Source: a bacterium (GTDB lineage: Bacteria; Pseudomonadota; Gammaproteobacteria; Pseudomonadales; Moraxellaceae). From it: a stretch of 64,000 nucleotides of DNA. Below, in pieces: positions 58,051 through 64,000 of this stretch (its first letter is position 1; every line of letters starts with the position of its first letter). Where the stretch lies: positions 446,710-510,709 of the forward strand of contig JAQSDB010000008.1 in assembly GCA_029945725.1 (NCBI GenBank). The letters run 5' to 3'. Under the pieces are notes generated by a model. That model worked only from the letters and a program-made list of their open reading frames with translations, had not been told where the DNA came from and ran no database searches. Made by a program: the position numbers and the translations under genes.

Positions 58051-61000
58051 CTATATTTGCTGGCCTGCCCTGTGCTCCTTCCACCGCAAGAGCAGGTAAA
58101 GCAGGACGGGGATCACTATCAGGGTCAGGACAGTGGCGGCAATCGTGCCAAAGATCAGGGAAATGGCAAGACCGACGAACAAGGTGTCGGAGAGCATGAC
58201 GGCACTGCCCAGCACAATGGCCAGCGCCGTCAGCATGATGGGCCGCAAGCGTATCGCGCAGGCATCAAGAATAGCCTCACGCAAAGGCCGCCCCTTGTCG
58301 CGGTACTCCAGGACGAAGTCGATGATTAGCAAGGAGTTACGCACCACCACCCCGGCCAAGGCGATCACACCAACAATCGAGGTCGCCGAGAACTGTTGCT
58401 GCATGATCCAGTGTCCCGGCGCCACGCCGGCAAGGCCCAGTGGAATCGCCATCATTGCAACCGCCGGCAGGCTGAACGACTGGTAATAGGCCACCAGCAC
58501 CAGAAACAGCAAGGTAATGGCCACCGCCAGAGCACGCAGCATGTCGCGATAAGTGTCCAGCATCTGACGTTGCTGGCCATCCCAGAACAGGCGGTAGCCG
58601 TGCATCGTGCTCACCTGCTCCGGCATCAGGCCCATATTGCCTGTGGTGAGCTGGCTGCCATCCGCCAGCCGCATGCCGTCCAGGCGCTTGTTCATATCCA
58701 GTACTGCGTAGAGTGGTGGAATACGATCCGTCTCTCCACCAACATAGCTGACACGCTCGCCATTCTTGCGCTGGATAGGACGATCCGAAACCGTATTCTG
58801 AACACGCACCAGTTCGGAGAGCGGCACTCGCCACCCCTGGGCATTGGTGACAAAGGCACGCGACAATATTGTCACGTCGACTTGGTGACGGCGCGGAATC
58901 TGCAGCCGTATCGGCACGGCATTCAACTCACCGGTCATATGGGCGCGCCCAAGGTATTCGCCATCAATCAAGCGGCGCAGTGCGGTCGCCACTTCCGCTG
59001 TCGTCAGCCCGGACAGAGCCGCCTTTTCGCGATCCACCACAAGACGCTGCCTCACCACATCGGCAGGCTCCGAATCGGTCACCTCGACGACATCCCAGGT
59101 CTTGCGGAACTCACTGGCTACCTGCGCCGAAATTTCCCGCAAGCGCGCCGGGTCCTTCCCATAAATTTCAGCAAACAGGTTGCCGCGCACCGGGGGCCCA
59201 GGCGGATCTTCCACCAACTGTACTGTCGTGCCCGGATACCGGGCCGCCACCGCCATGATGGCCGGACGCAGTTCATGCACAATCGCCGGTGATTTCGTGT
59301 CGCGCTTACGGCGGTCGTTGAGCATGACACGTATTTCCGCCACCCAGGACCCGGACTTGTTGCCCGACCCGCGCAGCATGCTGTTGAAGTCGATAATGCC
59401 CGATTCACCCAGCCAGGTCTGATAGGCGCTGATTTCCGGGCGCTGCCGCAGTAGGCTGCCGATCTCGCGCGCCACCCGATCCGTCTGCTCAATGGGCGAT
59501 CCCTCCGGCAGATCAATTGTGACATTGAAGGTATTCTTGCTGTCCTTGGGCATCATGCCCATTTCGATGCCAAACCAAGATTGCGGCCCATTGACACCGG
59601 CCGGACGCACGAACTGCCACAGCGGCTGCAAAAGAGAAAATGCCAGCAGCAAGCTGATCACCATGAAGGCACGCCGACGCTGGTGGGAGTGGTCAATCAG
59701 CGGCGCCACTATCTGGCGAAAGCGACGCCCCAGAGCCGTTGGCCCATCGCCATGATGCGTGGTGTCATCTCCATGCCCGGAAGTCGCGGCATGGCCCAGT
59801 GGCAACCACCGCAGCGCCGCCCAAGGCACCACCGTGTAGGCCACCAGCAGGGACGACGCCATGGCCACGGGTACCGTGAAGGCAATCGGGAAGAAATACT
59901 GGCCGTGCATACCTGGAACCGACATCAGTGACGCAAAGACCAGCATCACTGCCAGCGTGGCCAGATTGGTTGGGTTGCCGATTTCGCGTGTAGCCAGCAC
60001 TGTTGCGGCACGCTTATCGTGCACTCCAGGCAGATCATAGTTGCGGTGGATGTTTTCAATAACCACGATGGCATCGTCCACCAGCAAGCCCAGCGCCAGG
60101 ATCAGGCCGAACAGCGTGACCCGGTTGATGCTATAGCCGGCCAGCCACACCATGCCTAGGGTAAGGGCCAATACCAGGGGAATCGCCAGCCCGACGATCA
60201 AGGCCTGGCGGACACCGAGAAACGCCGTCACCACAAAGAATACGGCCAGAATGGCAATGAGCAGATGCTCGATCAGCCCTTTGATGGTGTCATTGGCGAA
60301 CTCGCCATCATCACGCGTCGTGACGATGGTAACGCCCTCCGGCACAAAGGCCGCCCGCATGTCCTCGGCGCGCGCAAGTACATCCCGGGCAACGACCACC
60401 GCATTGGCATTCGCCTGCTTCGCAATGGCCACCGTTACCGCCGGCATCTCGGCATCTTTTGACTGGCCAAAGCGTGAATCGGCCGGCCCGAAGGCCAGCC
60501 GCGAAAGTTGGTTACGCTCATCTGGCGGACCGTCGACGATGGTGGCTACATCGCCCAGATGGACAGAGCGCCCTGCATGAGTCCCCACCACCAGATGCCG
60601 CACGCCCTCAGCGCCCTCCAGAAAACCGTCGAGAACGATTTCATTGCGGACGCCATGACGCATCACATCCCCTAGGGGAACCGTGACATTGCCGGCCGCC
60701 AGCATCGCCCGTACCACGTCCAGCGTGATGCCAAAGGCCTGCATGCGATCCGGGTCAAGCTCCACGCGGATTTCGCGGTCACGACCGCCCCGCACCTCTA
60801 TCGCGCCGACATCGTCAAGACTGCGCAGCCCGTCGGCCATGCGGTCGGCCAATCTTTTTAGCGCATAGTCATCGTAGCGGTCCGAGGTCAGCGTAAGCGT
60901 GACGATGGGCACATCGTCCACGCTGGAACTGTGGATCACCGGGGCGGAGGCATCCGGTGGCAAGAGATCGCGCCGGCTACCGACACGGTCATTCAAGCGC

Positions 61001-61371
61001 ACCAGTGCCGTTTCCGGATTTTCCTCAGCCTTGAACACCACCGAGACCACAGCCCTGGAGTTCAGCGCCGTGGAAAAAACGTCATCAACACCGGGTACCT
61101 GCTTGATGGCCGCCTCCAGCGGACGAATCACCAGCGCCTCGACCTCCGCTGGCGTCGCACCGGGCAAGTCCACCGTAATGTTGGCGGCGGGCACAACGAT
61201 GCGCGGATTATCCTGTCGTGGCGTAATCAGCAAGGCCCAGCTGCCGATCAGGATACAGGCAAGAATGAAGGCTACCGTGAGACGCGAGGTGACAAAGGCA
61301 TCCGCCAGCATGGAGGCGATACTGGATTTTTCGGCAAGCGGCTTGCCCGGACGTTGATGACGCTGACTCAT
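58051..61371 (-). CDS. RND efflux transporter permease (AcrB/AcrD/AcrF family)
   Basis: 1106 aa with 12-TM RND architecture and large periplasmic loops. Overlaps the MFP stop. Confidence 0.9.
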   Translation of the reverse strand: MSQRHQRPGKPLAEKSSIASMLADAFVTSRLTVAFILACILIGSWALLITPRQDNPRIVVPAANITVDLPGATPAEVEALVIRPLEAAIKQVPGVDDVFSTALNSRAVVSVVFKAEENPETALVRLNDRVGSRRDLLPPDASAPVIHSSSVDDVPIVTLTLTSDRYDDYALKRLADRMADGLRSLDDVGAIEVRGGRDREIRVELDPDRMQAFGITLDVVRAMLAAGNVTVPLGDVMRHGVRNEIVLDGFLEGAEGVRHLVVGTHAGRSVHLGDVATIVDGPPDERNQLSRLAFGPADSRFGQSKDAEMPAVTVAIAKQANANAVVVARDVLARAEDMRAAFVPEGVTIVTTRDDGEFANDTIKGLIEHLLIAILAVFFVVTAFLGVRQALIVGLAIPLVLALTLGMVWLAGYSINRVTLFGLILALGLLVDDAIVVIENIHRNYDLPGVHDKRAATVLATREIGNPTNLATLAVMLVFASLMSVPGMHGQYFFPIAFTVPVAMASSLLVAYTVVPWAALRWLPLGHAATSGHGDDTTHHGDGPTALGRRFRQIVAPLIDHSHQRRRAFMVISLLLAFSLLQPLWQFVRPAGVNGPQSWFGIEMGMMPKDSKNTFNVTIDLPEGSPIEQTDRVAREIGSLLRQRPEISAYQTWLGESGIIDFNSMLRGSGNKSGSWVAEIRVMLNDRRKRDTKSPAIVHELRPAIMAVAARYPGTTVQLVEDPPGPPVRGNLFAEIYGKDPARLREISAQVASEFRKTWDVVEVTDSEPADVVRQRLVVDREKAALSGLTTAEVATALRRLIDGEYLGRAHMTGELNAVPIRLQIPRRHQVDVTILSRAFVTNAQGWRVPLSELVRVQNTVSDRPIQRKNGERVSYVGGETDRIPPLYAVLDMNKRLDGMRLADGSQLTTGNMGLMPEQVSTMHGYRLFWDGQQRQMLDTYRDMLRALAVAITLLFLVLVAYYQSFSLPAVAMMAIPLGLAGVAPGHWIMQQQFSATSIVGVIALAGVVVRNSLLIIDFVLEYRDKGRPLREAILDACAIRLRPIMLTALAIVLGSAVMLSDTLFVGLAISLIFGTIAATVLTLIVIPVLLYLLLRWKEHRAGQQI

Positions 61372-62450
61372 GGCGTGCGATCCGCCAGTGCCACAATACG
61401 ATCACCCTCACGCAGCGCCGGCTCGGCCTGTGCCACGATATGCTCTCCGGCACTCAGGCCAGCCGTGACCTCCACGCGATCCGGCCACTCCCGCCCCAGA
61501 CGAAGCCAGCGGAATGTCGCCAGACCATTGCTGCCCACGACAAACACACCCCGCAATCCGCCACGCTCCACCAGCATATGCAGCGGTATCACCGGCACCG
61601 GCGACGTGCCGAGCACGAACTCCACGCGGCCAAACATGCCGGGCATCAGACCACGGGCACCGGGCAGCGCAACCCGCACCGGGTAACTGCGGGTGACCGG
61701 ATCTGCCGACTGGATGACCCGAAGCACCCTGCCCTTGAGTGGCGCGTCCAGACCATCAATTCTGATGGTGGCTGGCTTGCCGGTGGCAATACGGGCAATC
61801 TGCTGCTCCGTGACAAAGGTCTCAAACACCAGATTCCGGCCGGACTCCAGCGTCAACAAGGGGCCACCCGGCACCGCCAGATCACCGGTATGGCGCAGGC
61901 GTGCCACGACAATGCCGTCGATGGGGCTACGGATTTCCGCGTAATCCCGCTGCGCCCTGGCCGACGCCAGCGCGGCACGCGCCTGATTCAGTGTCTCCAG
62001 CAAGGCATCGTTGCGTAAACGCACCTTGCGTATCTCGCTGTCAGAGACATTGCCCTTCTCGTACAGCGTCTGGTAGCGCTCAAGATCGATCTTTGCATCC
62101 CGGTAGGCCGCATCGGCCGATGTTGCCTGCGCCTGGGCCTGGGCAATGCCACTGTCCACATCGGCGGCCTCTATCTGTGCCAGCACCTGACCGGCACGCA
62201 CGGCATCCCCCTCCTGCACCCGCATCTCGCGCACATAACCGGACAGGCGCGAGGCCACCTCAATACGCTGGTCAGACACCACTGACCCGACACTGGTGTA
62301 CTCCAGCGGTGCGCCCGCCGTCACCACAAGAACGGGTAGCTTCCATTCCTTCGGTAGTGGCTGCGTTGCCTCAGGCACTCGTCCACAGCCTGTTAACAGC
62401 AAAGCGGCGAAAAGCCCTGTAAAAAAGGGAAAAAGCGAATGTTTATTCAT
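61368..62450 (-). CDS. RND periplasmic adaptor (membrane fusion protein, HlyD-like), lipoprotein
   Basis: Lipobox LLLTGCG, with coiled-coil and beta-barrel MFP pattern. Confidence 0.9.
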   Translation of the reverse strand: MNKHSLFPFFTGLFAALLLTGCGRVPEATQPLPKEWKLPVLVVTAGAPLEYTSVGSVVSDQRIEVASRLSGYVREMRVQEGDAVRAGQVLAQIEAADVDSGIAQAQAQATSADAAYRDAKIDLERYQTLYEKGNVSDSEIRKVRLRNDALLETLNQARAALASARAQRDYAEIRSPIDGIVVARLRHTGDLAVPGGPLLTLESGRNLVFETFVTEQQIARIATGKPATIRIDGLDAPLKGRVLRVIQSADPVTRSYPVRVALPGARGLMPGMFGRVEFVLGTSPVPVIPLHMLVERGGLRGVFVVGSNGLATFRWLRLGREWPDRVEVTAGLSAGEHIVAQAEPALREGDRIVALADRTP

Positions 62451-63070
62451 GGCGTCGTAGTCCGGGCGGGCGCGAGCAGACCGTACCTGAGCAGGCTCAT
62501 GACGTGATCGGCGACCAATTGGGGATGAGCGTGCGGTGAGTGAAAGCCGGGCATGAAGCGCGTTACCTGCGCACTTTCAAACGGAAAGACCAGGAGCCCG
62601 AAGACAGACCCCAGCAAGGGATTGGCATCATCAAGCTTACAGATATCGTGCAGCAGACCGGAGACTGCTTGGTAGAAGGGCTTGAACACCCCGACCGCCA
62701 GTCTCTGCGACCTAGCGTGATCTGTGTCCAGCAAGACCCATTGCATCAAGCGCTGCAAGTCTCGCTCACGGGCCAGTAAATGGATAAACCGGGTGACGAA
62801 TACCTCCAGCCTGTCCCAGGGATCCACGGACTGGCTGATGTCACCCAGTACGTCGCGCACGCCACTGTTGAAGGCATGGCCGACCAGCGCCAGATAGAGA
62901 TCCTCTTTGTCGCTGAAGTGGTAATAAAGCGCCGCTGGCGTCACGCCAGCGGCAGCCGCCACTTCCCTCATGGAGACGCCGTCGAAACCTGAGCGGGCAA
63001 ACAAGGGAATGGCCAGTACAAGCATACGCTCAGCGGTGGCATCAGGTGGGCGGCGCACGGTCATCACCAC
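62447..63070 (-). CDS. TetR-family transcriptional regulator
   Basis: TetR HTH (FARSGFDGVSMREVAAAAGVTPAALYYHF). First gene of the efflux operon. GTG 63070 or ATG 63064. Confidence 0.9.
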   Translation of the reverse strand: MVMTVRRPPDATAERMLVLAIPLFARSGFDGVSMREVAAAAGVTPAALYYHFSDKEDLYLALVGHAFNSGVRDVLGDISQSVDPWDRLEVFVTRFIHLLARERDLQRLMQWVLLDTDHARSQRLAVGVFKPFYQAVSGLLHDICKLDDANPLLGSVFGLLVFPFESAQVTRFMPGFHSPHAHPQLVADHVMSLLRYGLLAPARTTTP

Positions 63071-63140
63071 CTCCAGACTTGATCAGCTTGCGGTCAGTGA
63101 ACATGGTCACTCCTGGAACTTGCCGAGCAGAAAAACCAGA

Positions 63141-63160
63141 TATTAAACGAACGTTTAATA
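63141..63160. promoter_or_regulatory. 20-bp perfect palindrome, probable TetR operator
   Basis: TATTAAACG aa CGTTTAATA, 70-90 nt upstream of the tetR start. Confidence 0.6.
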
Positions 63161-63217
63161 AACAGAAAGCACAGCAAGGCCTGCATAAGCATCTGGCCTG
63201 AAATAACCATGTTTGTG

Positions 63218-63233
63218 CCCCCCCCCCCCCCCC
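63218..63233. repeat. C16 homopolymer tract
   Basis: 16 consecutive C (63218-63233) in intergenic DNA between the efflux operon promoter region and the IS5-type transposase. Confidence 0.95.
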
Positions 63234-63455
63234 TGGGTCAGTTTGGGATGCAGTTCAACAGCCCAGACCCTGTACGCACTTCAGTCAAACCCGCCACATG
63301 GCATTTCCGAAAATTTGCCATTTATTTCAGTAGATTACAGCTTGCATGCCCTCGGCTTGGCAGAGAATGCCTTGCATTTGCTCCCTTAACAGGCTGGTGA
63401 AAAAGTCACTGCATCCGGCGATAATTCACGCCTCATCACCTGATGTGAAGAACAC

Positions 63456-64000
63456 ATGCGCGGCAAAGACGTTATCCAGGGTGCGATGTTCAGCTATGTG
63501 GACATCGAAGACCGCATTCCTGCCCACCATCCGCTACGCAAGATGAAGATGGTGGTTAATGGCATTCTTCGTTTGATGAGCGACGAGTTCCAGCGTCGCT
63601 ACTCCCGCATGGGGCGGCCATCGATTCCACCGGAGCGCTTGTTGCGAGCCCTTTTGCTGCAGCTTTTGTACACCATTCGCAGCGAGCGGCAACTGATGGA
63701 GCAACTGGGCTATAACTTGCTCTTTCGCTGGTTCGTAAGCCTTGGCGTTGATCAGCCTGTTTGGGAGCTGACGGTGTTTTGCGCCAATCGCGACCGACTT
63801 CTGGAGCAGCGCCTGTTGCGGCAGTTTTTTGATCAGGTGCTGGGTGTGGCGGAGTGGGCCGATCTGGTCTCTGACGAACACTTCAGCGTGGATGGCTCGA
63901 TGATTGAGGCATGGGCCTCGCACAAGAGTTTCGTGCGTCGTAACGACGATGATGCAGAGCCGCCATCAGGTACGGGCAGCGGGAATCCTGAAGTGGACTT
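63456..64000 (+). mobile_element. IS5/IS1182-type transposase, 5' part (runs off the window)
   Basis: Own translation from ATG 63456: MRGKDVIQGAMFSYVDIEDRIPAHHPLRKMK ... YSRMGRPSIPPERLLRALLLQLLYTIRSERQLMEQLGYNLLFRWFV. This is the InsH/DUF772 N-terminal domain pattern. There is no stop before 64000. The track ORF 63534-63923 (-) is its antisense shadow. Confidence 0.85.

Noticed and set aside
63534-63923. 129-aa minus-strand track ORF.
   Set aside because: It is antisense to an open plus-strand frame from ATG 63456 that has an unmistakable IS5/IS1182 transposase N-terminal domain.
1-64000. CRISPR arrays, rRNA genes, retron or reverse-transcriptase genes, toxin-antitoxin pairs.
   Set aside because: I saw no regularly spaced direct repeats, no rRNA-like segments, no RT motifs (YxDD) and no small overlapping gene pairs of TA type when reading the intergenic regions and the ORF track.

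Overview
This is a 64-kb window of moderately GC-rich proteobacterial DNA. The organism cannot be determined from the sequence. The CYP153 / ferredoxin / GMC dehydrogenase / ferredoxin reductase / AraC block is organised as in marine alkane degraders such as Alcanivorax or Marinobacter, but that is inference only. No rRNA, tRNA or CRISPR array was seen.

(1) 1-32.4 kb is mobile-element context.
- It opens with the tail of an island: two hypothetical genes plus radC (145-1776).
- An uninterrupted ~26-kb minus-strand defence array follows. In order of transcription it runs: AlpA-like regulator, 324-aa orphan, 1871-aa helicase+DUF1998 giant (DruE-like), two hairpin terminators, C5 cytosine methyltransferase, class 1 DISARM (drmD-drmMI-[KAP NTPase]-drmA-drmB-drmC, all start/stop coupled), and a DUF262/DUF1524 GmrSD-like type IV nuclease.
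- To the right of the array lie an HTH orphan gene, ~1 kb of AT-rich non-coding DNA with three perfect inverted repeats, a P4-type tyrosine integrase, a truncated diverged second radC copy, and IS3 debris.

(2) 32.4-57 kb is a hydrocarbon/ketone/fatty-acid catabolic island.
- It contains a TetR regulator and two modules built from PF10118-like hydrolase, SDR, alpha/beta hydrolase and Baeyer-Villiger monooxygenase.
- It contains the CYP153 alkane hydroxylase cluster.
- It contains a long minus-strand operon: PF10118-like, BtrH-like, two PaaI thioesterases, an acyl-CoA ligase, two acyl-CoA dehydrogenases and a GMC oxidoreductase.
- Three of its promoters share one operator-like palindrome.

(3) 57-64 kb holds a decayed IS3, a TetR-MFP-RND efflux operon with a palindromic operator, a C16 homopolymer, and the 5' part of an IS5/IS1182-type transposase that runs off the window.

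The most interesting candidates are the AlpA-led orphan + DruE-like pair, which fits no canonical Druantia gene set I know, and the KAP NTPase translationally embedded in the DISARM operon.
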